A DNA stretch of 64,000 nucleotides, taken from NCBI GenBank assembly GCA_048939015.1, contig JBHLPW010000001.1, forward strand, positions 1 to 64,000. The letters are read 5' to 3'. Of the stretch, positions 50,701 to 58,208 are shown in pieces. Source of the stretch: Promethearchaeota archaeon. GTDB lineage: Archaea > Asgardarchaeota > Lokiarchaeia > Sigyniarchaeales > SOKP01. Below the pieces are notes generated by a model, which was given only the letters and a program-made list of their open reading frames with translations, ran no database searches and was not told the DNA's origin. Both the position numbers and the translations under genes were made by a program. Position 1 is the stretch's first letter, and every line of letters starts with the position of its first letter.

Positions 50701-50817
50701 GAAGTTAAAAAAGAAATTGTTATAGATGAGATGGAAGAACTTAGAAAACGTGTTGCTGCGAGAAGGGAAGAAAGAAGGAGAAAAGTTTTAGATTTATTGG
50801 GAAAGAGCGATGAATGA
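44773..50817 (+). CDS. Giant Glu/Lys-rich helical-repeat (TPR/SNAP-like hairpin plus coiled-coil) protein, ~2,014 aa
   Basis: Recurrent PY..II.IY...R......GW.DQA..Y..QI..Y..K units joined by charged helices; no TM segment or signal peptide. ATG at 44773 preferred. Confidence 0.8.
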   Translation: MEEKKEEEFDDEFDENGFDPTKEAFFSDMMEMEEEIASEAYELVEHAINLIQSQYYDDGIEILRQAIGLYRQINREEEINAINDKISEIYILKEQSFREIETKPISEGEVIEEAKLIEEHEEIDELEVIEEAEIVEDIETEAKMISEADKLIVEAHQLTNSGQFEDALNKYDEAEKILEKLNKSEEVDRLFVLIEECYSRKAEYLRGVKKEEIEADMELEVSLSIEQKKEQKLEQFMEAKKREEEISTEAYEILDQAVEKAKMYEYDQAIELYTKGISLFEELKWTYEVNRIQDTVEQLEKEKINHLKAVEKERIESQQKIEVELQQEEIIDQHAKEIGEQEKLAQMERLKGIEFQKMEQEFFKAQIDNMATEAVRMAREYELDMQKAIKEGKLVEECIYPKVIEIYKKIKDLLIDKGWNKEAAIYDDTIDVYIQKFENDKKIRQIEAEKAKKQKETEELLKAKEQEVEVRISEEQQQILEKQRQKTIEIENIRNEIDEMTKKAERIAREYEVALRKGKFELKCPYPKIISIYERAQQMSLDRGWETDVKIFANQIYNYKQKFEKDNRLRQVEAEKARKKEEIEETLKVRKEETHVGLDVEKLKLLEEQKRLEEEKEDFDSTIDIMVNRAEKMVREYNSEMKKAIKKGTLAENPPFLKIIGIYERVKRMVLERGREEEAKAYSTQINFYTQKLEQDNKLREVEAKKAQREKALEEMHKIGKQIGVDEDKLSAIEKKKELEDFEKYIDESINRAEKLVRDYEMALRKAFKDGEVIRSTPYPDAIEIYKELREKVYARGWKDQAEVYANQIKIYQEKLDKHEKLLEVEAQKAQREKEIEAMHKVEGQVEVDHKKLEIIEREREEKEFQEYIAEEIKKAGKLEREFDLTMKKAIKKGEIMEQTPYPEIIELYKILREKVYVRGWRDQAEVYANQIKIYQEKLEKHERLLEVEAQKAQRERDIEEMHKSAKEVEVDQEKLVSVDIKKEEKEFQKFITGEVNKAEKLEREFDSVMKKAIKKGEILEQTPYLEIINIYKEIREKVYARGWRDQAEVYANQIKIYQEKLEKHEKLLEVEAQKAQKERDIEEMHKLAKDIHVDQKKMAVLDKKKEEKDFQGYITGEVNKAEKLEREFDSVMKKAIKKGEILEQTPYLEIINIYKEIREKVYARGWRDQAEVYANQIKIYQEKLEKHERLLEVEAQKAQRERDIEEMHKSAKEVEVDQEKLVSVDIKKEEKEFQKFITGEVNKAEKLEREFDSVMKKAIKKGEVLEQTPYLEIINIYKEIREKVYARGWKDQAEVYANQIKIYQEKLEKHERLLEVEAQKAQREKELEELQKAGRKEVKPFKPEKLEELKAEKEEDILVDKAMNLIDEAEKDVKSYELSMKKDILAYSSPYEQAISNYEEARELFKKVGWNDEANRLINTINFYKDKKEKDEKLREIEEEKLKKPEFEMIATQYDVDKDFQERQKRLLEIQQKKKESDDIAAGIFNMIQDAERMAQEYELNIKSGIFNFEAPYETIIEIYREARKEFEKIDWKEESAKLIETINFYKEKLANDNKIRALEAEKVKKREEELMLQQKLLEQARVEQEQILKQRKETLHLKEERIAQFETKKDKAFRLMDQAKRELRQNQFDKAIEIYKESEEIFSEIEWQEGIRMVRDSITMIMNKKKAYELEQEALEKKKVEKLLIEEKLEEKLVEAQIIKERQQEEKRKELLKIQRAKEQEREISEEAYGLLEEGTRLMDRGKFIEAYENYIAARELFQQISWQREVSRINNDLLFKLKKEQKQAEILKEIKIKKIEEEKEMTLLKQQAKIERKELEKRKKEEKRKLAKEELEKKISIKLNRAKRLIEEFRYNEGVLILREEIQRLTKLDKLAEIEMINEQISNIKTETQIPLITYDTPFDLFENKNFESAYKALDRALVSINNNRLKKSISELNEAKFKLEELKFGQNFINLINEKLIEFKTEISKSPIKEIHEVKKEIVIDEMEELRKRVAARREERRRKVLDLLGKSDE
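46640..48750 (+). repeat. Coding tandem repeat, 369-bp (123-aa) unit with a 738-bp higher-order duplication
   Basis: PY/PF codons at 46735, 47104, 47473, 47842, 48211 and 48580 (exact 369-bp spacing). The linker KSAKEVEVDQEKLVSVDIKK recurs at about 47661 and 48399. Degenerate copies at about 45967, 46345, 48943 and 49309. Confidence 0.92.
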
Positions 50818-50867
50818 AATATTTATTATTTTAAGAAAATAATTTAAAAAAGAATAAAAAAATTTAG

Positions 50868-51089
50868 TTAGATTAATAAGTTTTCTTGAATCTCATTTTC
50901 TACTTCTGATTCTATTAAACTCGGTTCAATATTTCTATTTACTGATTCTTCTATTAGATACTCAGTTTTAATTAAATCTCTAATGGCGACTCGTATGGCT
51001 TCTGATCTATTTGGAAATTTCCCATCAATAACAAGTATCTCTAAGACTTTTAAATAAGATTCTGGTAAATTAACTGAAATTAATTTAAT
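50868..51089 (-). CDS. Ribbon-helix-helix transcription factor, CdrS/aCcr1/CopG-like
   Basis: KLISVNLPESYLKVLEILVIDGKFPNRSEAIRVAIRDLI. SD GGTG at 51096-51099 fits ATT at 51089; the track ATG at 51128 is an alternative. Confidence 0.85.
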   Translation of the reverse strand: MKLISVNLPESYLKVLEILVIDGKFPNRSEAIRVAIRDLIKTEYLIEESVNRNIEPSLIESEVENEIQENLLI

Positions 51090-51296
51090 GTTAGACACCA
51101 ATTTTTTTACATATTGATGAATATACATATCACCTTAATAATATTTAAAGGTTTAGTGGAAATTGACCCCAAGAAGTCCGACAGAATATCTAAATAAAAT
51201 TTTATAATAGTTTTGAATAATGTTTTTCTTGTTTTTCCGTAAAAAGTTATAGTCCAAAACCTATTTTGAATTCAGATTTTTAGACCAATCCAAAAA

Positions 51297-51328
51297 TTTT
51301 TATATAGTGTTACATGTAACGTGTAACA
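51297..51328 (+). promoter_or_regulatory. TATA box followed by the palindrome GTTACATGTAAC and an extra TGTAAC half-site; candidate operator
   Basis: ttttatata-g-tgttacatgtaacgtgtaaca in the divergent intergenic region between the RHH gene and 51395. Confidence 0.5.
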
Positions 51329-51394
51329 ATAGAATATATAAGTATTTCTAAAAAAAGATTACAAAAAGCAAATACCAAATTAGGAGGAAAAAAT

Positions 51395-51712
51395 ATGTCA
51401 AGTATTGAAAACCAATTAAAAGATCATTTAAAAAATGGAAATGATTGGGAAAAAATGGAGACCCCTGTTCCGGGTGTTTTTGTAGTAAAGGTGCCCGCAA
51501 CAAAAACGAAACCTGCATTACTCTTCTTAGAAATTAATCCTTTAAAGGACGATGGAAAACCTTTAAAAAAGAGAGGATTATTTGTAGGAAATAAAGAAAT
51601 GCTTTTAAAATTTAGTGAAGCATTGAATGATGATAAAACATTTCAATTAATTGGGGAATTAGAAAAAATTAATCCGGAATCAACGAAAAATACTAAAAAA
51701 CTAAAGATGTAA
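51395..51712 (+). CDS. Conserved-looking hypothetical protein (beta-rich, basic)
   Basis: Strong SD AGGAGG; TPVPGVFVVKVP, LEINP...KKRGL. Confidence 0.75.
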   Translation: MSSIENQLKDHLKNGNDWEKMETPVPGVFVVKVPATKTKPALLFLEINPLKDDGKPLKKRGLFVGNKEMLLKFSEALNDDKTFQLIGELEKINPESTKNTKKLKM

Positions 51713-51918
51713 ACATAATATAGCTTAGATCTATTTCTTGATTTCAAAATTTTTTATAAGTGGTTTTTAGTTTTAAGAAAATATTTTATTTATAGATTTA
51801 TTATTACTTTAATATTCTACCCATAAATAATAAAGATTTTAATTAAATTAATTACTCAATATAAGAATAAAAAGGTCAAATCCAAATAATTATTAAAAGT
51901 TAGAGTTGAATTAAAGAA

Positions 51919-52203
51919 ATGTCTGAAGAGGATGGAGTTCACTGTATAGTGTGTGGAAAGGACTCCTTCAATCTTGCACACGATGAATGGATGCGAAGGG
52001 CTTTTCCATTTGTTGAACAAGGACAACTAAAGATGTGTTCTGGATGTGGAGCTAAATATCTTGTATGTGCAAATTGTGGAGGCTTGTATTGTCGAATTCA
52101 TCCCGCTCTCGAGAGTTGGGAACTTCCAGATAAATGTCCTAAATGTGGATGGGTAAATGAAAGTGTTAAAGCCTGGGATGGAACATCTGCTCGCCACTTT
52201 TAA
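51919..52203 (+). CDS. Multi-CxxC zinc-finger protein
   Basis: CIVC, CSGC, CANC, CRIH, CPKC. Confidence 0.8.
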   Translation: MSEEDGVHCIVCGKDSFNLAHDEWMRRAFPFVEQGQLKMCSGCGAKYLVCANCGGLYCRIHPALESWELPDKCPKCGWVNESVKAWDGTSARHF

Positions 52204-52382
52204 CATTTTTGATTGTAAATATTTATTTTATTTTAATTTTTTTAAAAAAAGATCGTTTTAATGAAAAGATGTATTAAATATCATCTCACATGTTATTTTA
52301 TTAAATTTTAGTCAAGAAAATTTAAATTATAAAATAGCAATAATTACTTTAATACAAAATATATGACATTTACGAATGGATT

Positions 52383-52850
52383 ATGAGCTCAAATATTAAA
52401 GTTGAAGTAGCTTCACCGGATCACATTGAAGACTTAAAGGATTTAACTAAAGAATTAGTAGAAGGATTAGGACAAAAATTTGATCCCAAACGTTTTGACT
52501 GGGGAATTCGTCGTCGACTTTACGATCCACTACAGCGCCATGGTATATTAATAGCTATTGATGAATATTCAGAGGAGATTGCAGGAATGATTATTGCTGA
52601 ATTAAGAATTGACCCATTTGGTTCATCAGAAGGTTACATAAAACAATTTTTTTTGAAAAAACAATATCGAAAAAAAGGAACTGGTAGTCTATTATTAGAA
52701 AAAGCATTAGAACATTTAAAGAAAATCAAGGTAGAGAAAGTTAGAGTAAACATTAAGGAAAGGGCATTAGACGCTTCAAAACTCTATGAGAAAATGAAAT
52801 TCAAGAAAGTATATGAAGTCTTAGAATTGGACTTAATGGATGAGAGCTAA
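52383..52850 (+). CDS. GNAT family N-acetyltransferase
   Basis: YRKKGTGSLLL acetyl-CoA motif A; ASKLYEKMKF motif B. Confidence 0.88.
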   Translation: MSSNIKVEVASPDHIEDLKDLTKELVEGLGQKFDPKRFDWGIRRRLYDPLQRHGILIAIDEYSEEIAGMIIAELRIDPFGSSEGYIKQFFLKKQYRKKGTGSLLLEKALEHLKKIKVEKVRVNIKERALDASKLYEKMKFKKVYEVLELDLMDES

Positions 52851-52874
52851 TAAAATCATTGTTAGATTAAGAAT

Positions 52875-53840
52875 ATGAGCTTAGATACACCTTGGGTAGA
52901 AAAATATCGACCACACACATTTGAAGAAATTGTAAGTCAGAGTATTGCTATAAAAAATTTAAAAGAATTTGCAAAATCAACTAATATTCCTCATATCATT
53001 TTTGCTGGTCCAGCAGGAACTGGAAAAACTAGTACAGCTTTAATAATAGCAAGGTATTTTCTTAAAGAAGAGGAATTTGAAACAAATCTCTTAGAATTAA
53101 ATGCTTCAGATACCGTTAGAATTGATTTTGTTAGGAGTATTCTTAAAAATTTTGTCAATCAAAATATAATTAGAAATGGTGCGATAAAATTTGTAATTTT
53201 AGATGAAGCTGATAATATACCTGGACAAGTTCAACAAGCTCTTAGAAGAATTATAGAAAAAGCATCTATTAATGTTAAATTCATTTTTTTATGCAATTAT
53301 ATCAATAAAATAATAGATCCAATCGTTTCTCGATGTGCAGTATTTAGATTTGTAAACTTACCAAAAGAAAGCATAATAGATAGACTAAAATATATTACTC
53401 AACAAGAAAAGTTAAAAATCCCTTCTAAAAAAGCCGAACAGTTTTACAATCAATTATTTTTTATTTCAGGAGGAGATTTAAGAAAAGCAATTAATACTCT
53501 TCAGATGGCTGTGTCTCTAGAACTTTTGGAAAATTTAGATTTAAACGAAATATTAAGAATTTCTGGATTTTTAGATAAAGATACGTTAAATAACTTAATT
53601 TCAACATTAAAAAGTAAAGATTTTAAGAGTTCAAAAGATATTATAGATTCAATTGAAATTCTTGACTGTAACAATTTCATAAGACAAATATCAGAAGTTT
53701 TATCGCTATTACCTTTAGATCCCAGAAATTTAAGTAATTTAAAGACATATTTAGGGGAAATTGATTTTCGATTAAGTCAAGGTGCTGATGAAAAAATCCA
53801 AATTACAGCACTTTTAGCAGAAATTATTGAAAATTTATAA
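52875..53840 (+). CDS. rfcS: Replication factor C small subunit
   Basis: PWVEKYRP, GPAGTGKT, LELNASD, LDEAD, SRC arginine finger, GDLRKAIN. Confidence 0.95.
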   Translation: MSLDTPWVEKYRPHTFEEIVSQSIAIKNLKEFAKSTNIPHIIFAGPAGTGKTSTALIIARYFLKEEEFETNLLELNASDTVRIDFVRSILKNFVNQNIIRNGAIKFVILDEADNIPGQVQQALRRIIEKASINVKFIFLCNYINKIIDPIVSRCAVFRFVNLPKESIIDRLKYITQQEKLKIPSKKAEQFYNQLFFISGGDLRKAINTLQMAVSLELLENLDLNEILRISGFLDKDTLNNLISTLKSKDFKSSKDIIDSIEILDCNNFIRQISEVLSLLPLDPRNLSNLKTYLGEIDFRLSQGADEKIQITALLAEIIENL

Positions 53841-53885
53841 GATTTAGAAATATTTAAAAAAAAATTAATCTTAAGGTTAAGAGAT

Positions 53886-54932
53886 TTGACTGAAGAGATT
53901 CCAATTTGGCGAATAAAATACCATCCTAAGAATTTGGATAAAATTTATGGAAGAGAAACGGTTAAAAACATTTTAAAACATATTATTCAACGAAATAATT
54001 TCCCTCATTTATTGTTTGTAGGAGTGAAAGGTATAGGCAAAACTACAATTGCTCAATTATTTTCAAAAGAATTTTTAGATAAAGATTATGATGCTAATTT
54101 TAAATTAGTTTATGCGAATGTTCCTTTAACTGATGAAGAAAGAAAACAAGCAAGATCTGATGCATATGTTTCTACAAATAAAATTGGTAGTAGTGCAGGA
54201 AGGAGAATTACAACACCAGCGTTTATTCAAGCAAGAATAAAGCCATTTGTTCAATTAAAAGTGTTAGGTAATGCTCCTTTCAAGATTCTTGTCGTAAAAA
54301 ACTTCGAAGCTTTAGGATCTAATCAACAAGGTTTTAGAAGATTGATGGAAATATATGGTACAAATTGTAGGATGATTTTAATAACATCTAAAATATCGAG
54401 TGTTATTAATCCTATAGTCAGTAGATGTCAAATCATTTTATTCTCTCGTGTAAAATTCAATGAATTTAAAGAACTGATTCAAATTATTGCTAAACAAGAA
54501 TCCTTAGATATTAAAGATGAGATTATAGAGATTTTATATCGTATATCCGATGCTAAAATCTCTCAGGCAATTGATCTTTTACAATTATGTAGTATTACTG
54601 GAAATATTATTAATACTGAAAGTCTGTATGAAAACGTTCAGAAATTTCATACGGATCTTATAAAGAGTCTTTTATTAGTCGCTCTTAAAGGAGATTTTCC
54701 GAAAACACGGGAATTAGCACGCAAAATCCTTTCGAATTATAAATTTAGTGCTCATGATTTGTATAAACTTTTGCTTATTGAAATTAATAAATTACCACTA
54801 AGTAAATTTACGAGGATTAATTTAATTAATCTCATTGCAGATTCTGACTTTAGAACTCTTGATGGTAGAGATATTGATATTCAAATATCTGCTCTTCTGT
54901 CGAAAATTTGTCTGTTTTCTGAAAATTTATGA
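53886..54932 (+). CDS. Second, divergent RFC small subunit
   Basis: IWRIKYHP, Walker A GVKGIGKT, Walker B replaced by VVKNFE, QQGFRRLME, SRC retained, RFC C-terminal collar. Confidence 0.85.
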   Translation: MTEEIPIWRIKYHPKNLDKIYGRETVKNILKHIIQRNNFPHLLFVGVKGIGKTTIAQLFSKEFLDKDYDANFKLVYANVPLTDEERKQARSDAYVSTNKIGSSAGRRITTPAFIQARIKPFVQLKVLGNAPFKILVVKNFEALGSNQQGFRRLMEIYGTNCRMILITSKISSVINPIVSRCQIILFSRVKFNEFKELIQIIAKQESLDIKDEIIEILYRISDAKISQAIDLLQLCSITGNIINTESLYENVQKFHTDLIKSLLLVALKGDFPKTRELARKILSNYKFSAHDLYKLLLIEINKLPLSKFTRINLINLIADSDFRTLDGRDIDIQISALLSKICLFSENL

Positions 54933-54961
54933 TAAAGATAATATTTATGTGAGTAATATAA

Positions 54962-56317
54962 ATGTCAAAAAAAGATTCAGATATTCCATGGGTGGAGAAA
55001 TATAGACCAAAAAGCATTAAGGAAATGGCTTTGCCCACAGCTAGACTTGGTAGACAACGAGTGAAATTAGATGAAGAATTAGAGCGTTTTTTAAGAAATT
55101 TCTTTAAAGAAAGAAAAAAAATTAATTTAGAAAATAAGGAAATTCGAGAATTTAATAGAAGAGTTATTGAAAAAGAGCAAAAAGAAGAAAAGCAAATATC
55201 TCCTGAGGCTGCCGCAGTTCTTTTGGAAGGACCCCCAGGTATTGGAAAGACATCCATTGTTTATGCTCTTGCTAATGATTTTAATATGGAAGTTATAGAA
55301 ACTAATGCCTCTGACACACGAACGAGGAGTACATTGGAAAAAAGATTAAAGGAAACCACCAAATCTCGTGGAATCATGGATTTTATTATGGAATCAAAAG
55401 AAAAATTAATATTAATTGATGAAATTGATGGAATTTATGGAGTTCAAGATCGAGGGGCAATTCCAACTGTATTGGAATTAATTCAAAACACTCAGTTCCC
55501 AATCATAATGTGTTCAAATGAATATAAAACAAATCTACAACCTTTATATAATAAGATAAAGAGGTATGAGGTTCAACCCTTACACAAGAATGAAGTAATC
55601 AAAATAGCTAAAGATATTCTAAAAAAGGAAAATATTACTAATCTTAAATCCGATGATTTAGAGTTAATTATAGATAAAAATAATGGAGATTTAAGAGGTG
55701 TGATTAATGATATTCAAGGCATTGGTCAAAGTAAGATAGATCAAAATGTTCGGGAATTAATTCTAAATTTACATCGTGATACTCTAGAAGAGATTTTCTC
55801 ACTAATTAGAGACTTATTTAAAGTATCATCTTTAAGAGAAGCTCGAAGTTTAGCTGATAAGTCCGATGTCGATTACAATTTTTTGTATAAATGGATAAAT
55901 GAAAATCTACTTTCTTTCATAAAATCAAACAGGGATCTAGTTAATGCTTTTGAGAATCTCTCATTGGCAGATGAAATTTTTGGGAGAATCAATTCTACTC
56001 AATATTGGGGATTATTACCATACTTTTTTGATCTATTCGCTGGTGGAGTTGCTTTATCGCGAAAAGATACGACTATATCAAAAGGATTTCAAAGAGTTGT
56101 ATTTCCAAGATATACAACTGGAACATATTTTTCTTTAACAAATGTTGAAATGGAATTCTTTGAAAAGATTACTAAAAAGTATGAAATCTCTCAAATTGAT
56201 TTCATCCAAAATTTTCTTCCGTTTTTAAAAGTTTTATGTGGTTCCTCAAGAAAGCAACTTAAGAATGTAAGTGATTGGCTAGAATTAGATGCTAAAGAAA
56301 AAAAAGTGTTAAAATGA
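54962..56317 (+). CDS. rfcL: Replication factor C large subunit
   Basis: PWVEKYRP, GPPGIGKT, IETNASD, IDEID, GDLRGVIND, WINEN. Confidence 0.93.
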   Translation: MSKKDSDIPWVEKYRPKSIKEMALPTARLGRQRVKLDEELERFLRNFFKERKKINLENKEIREFNRRVIEKEQKEEKQISPEAAAVLLEGPPGIGKTSIVYALANDFNMEVIETNASDTRTRSTLEKRLKETTKSRGIMDFIMESKEKLILIDEIDGIYGVQDRGAIPTVLELIQNTQFPIIMCSNEYKTNLQPLYNKIKRYEVQPLHKNEVIKIAKDILKKENITNLKSDDLELIIDKNNGDLRGVINDIQGIGQSKIDQNVRELILNLHRDTLEEIFSLIRDLFKVSSLREARSLADKSDVDYNFLYKWINENLLSFIKSNRDLVNAFENLSLADEIFGRINSTQYWGLLPYFFDLFAGGVALSRKDTTISKGFQRVVFPRYTTGTYFSLTNVEMEFFEKITKKYEISQIDFIQNFLPFLKVLCGSSRKQLKNVSDWLELDAKEKKVLK

Positions 56318-56610
56318 AATACATTTAATGCTAATTTTTCTTAATTTGAAGAATTAGTAAATATCTCCAAAAATGCGTAGATTAAAAGTTGGAAATAATT
56401 TGCTCTTTATTAAAATATAATGAATTTAACATCTAAGTTACCGAGATATGCAAGAATTTTAACAATATTTAATATAAAGTCGTAAACTTATGATTTAGTT
56501 ATATTTGCTAAGTGTAATTTATTAAGTATATATTACCTAAAACAATTTAAATACTAAAGTACAAATTATCATTAGAATATAATATGAAAATTCACGCTTA
56601 AAGAAGAAAA

Positions 56611-57234
56611 ATGACTGAAACTGAATTTAATGAAGAAAAAGAGACAGAAACTTTTTTATCTAAAAGCACAAGATTAATACTGCAAATTGTTGGGGCTGCT
56701 ATTTTTGGAGCACTATCTTTAATTTTATCTCTTTATGTTGTACCATATTTACCAAGAACCCCACAGGGTTTTGCATATTTTGATCCCGTTTCAATAATAT
56801 GGTTTACATGTTTTTTAATATTTGGCCCATTAGCAGGAATTTTGTGTTGTGTAATTGGAATGTTAGTACTTTTTCCTTTTGATCCTTTTACTCCAATTGG
56901 TCCTCTTATGAAGTTTTCAGCCACATTTTCCTTAATGATTGTCCCTATATTACTATTATATCTTATTAATCGGAAAGGAGGAGGGCGAAAGAGCCAAAAA
57001 TTAAAAAAACCGAAAACTTACATAATTTATGGGGCATTAGGTATATTAGTTAGAATAATTGTAATGGTAATTTTAAATATCGTGGTTTATCTAGCTTTCT
57101 ATGGATCAGATGGATTAGAATATTGGATTATAATAGTTATTCTGCTTAACGCTTTAACGAGTGTATGGGATTTATTAGTTCCCTATTTACTAGTTTTCAT
57201 TCCAAAACTCGATCAAAAATTCGAAATTTGGTAA
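56611..57234 (+). CDS. ECF transporter S-component-like membrane protein
   Basis: AAIFGALS, FDPVSI...FLIFGPLAG, about 6 TM segments. Confidence 0.75.
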   Translation: MTETEFNEEKETETFLSKSTRLILQIVGAAIFGALSLILSLYVVPYLPRTPQGFAYFDPVSIIWFTCFLIFGPLAGILCCVIGMLVLFPFDPFTPIGPLMKFSATFSLMIVPILLLYLINRKGGGRKSQKLKKPKTYIIYGALGILVRIIVMVILNIVVYLAFYGSDGLEYWIIIVILLNALTSVWDLLVPYLLVFIPKLDQKFEIW

Positions 57235-57335
57235 AATATTTTATTATATTCCACTTTTTTCTTTTTTAAACTCATTCTAATTAAAAATCGAATGAAATTT
57301 ATTTTTTTAACCAAAATATATCTTAATAATTTAAT

Positions 57336-58148
57336 TTGGAGACGATTCAGATTTTAAATACAAATTTTAAGGATATAAGATATGCGTTTAAGCAGGGGAT
57401 TGCGAAAATTACTATAAATCGTCCAGATAAGTTGAATGCTTTACAGTACCCTCTACTAATGGAAATTGCAGACGTTTTAAGCTCAATTAAGAAAAAGAAA
57501 GTTATTCGTGTTATCACTATTGAAGGAGCGGGTGAAAATTTTAGCTCTGGTGATGATATGAAAAGTATGGGACCTGAGGGCGTCAAATTCACACCATTAG
57601 ATGATGGCTCACGTATGCCTCATCATAAAGTTGTTAGTTTAATACGGGAAATACAAAAACCCGTAATAGCTCTACTGAAAGGTTATTGTTTAGGGGCAGG
57701 ATTTGATATTGCACTTGCATGTGATTTTCGATTAGCAGCTGATAATTTAAAAATTGGAGATCATCGTACAAAAAGAGCTCATTGTATTTTAAGTGGAGCT
57801 AGTTGGTTCTTGCCTCGGATTATAGGATTTGGAAGAGCAACAGAAATAATTTTAACTGGGCGTCATCTTGATGCAAAGGAAGCTTTTGATATCGGATTAG
57901 TAACTAAAGTTTATCCACTAAATGAATTTAAAGAAAAATCAGACGAATTCATAGAAGAAATCGCAGAGATGCCGACAAAATGCTTAGGATATAATAAGAC
58001 TATGTTGAACTTTTCCCAAATTAATGATTTATTTCCATCTTTACAAAATGAGTTTAGATTGTATTGTAAAAATATAAGGACTTACGATTTTGGAGAAGGA
58101 ATGAAATCTTTTATGAAAAAAAGAGAACCAAAATTCAGAGGACGATGA
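57336..58148 (+). CDS. Enoyl-CoA hydratase/isomerase family protein
   Basis: INRPDKLNAL, FSSGDD, KPVIA...GAGFDIALACD, KREPKF. Confidence 0.92.
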   Translation: METIQILNTNFKDIRYAFKQGIAKITINRPDKLNALQYPLLMEIADVLSSIKKKKVIRVITIEGAGENFSSGDDMKSMGPEGVKFTPLDDGSRMPHHKVVSLIREIQKPVIALLKGYCLGAGFDIALACDFRLAADNLKIGDHRTKRAHCILSGASWFLPRIIGFGRATEIILTGRHLDAKEAFDIGLVTKVYPLNEFKEKSDEFIEEIAEMPTKCLGYNKTMLNFSQINDLFPSLQNEFRLYCKNIRTYDFGEGMKSFMKKREPKFRGR

Positions 58149-58208
58149 ATATTCATTCTTTTAAGGGGAATTATCTAACTTTAAAATTTAAGATTAATTT
58201 TTCTTGAT

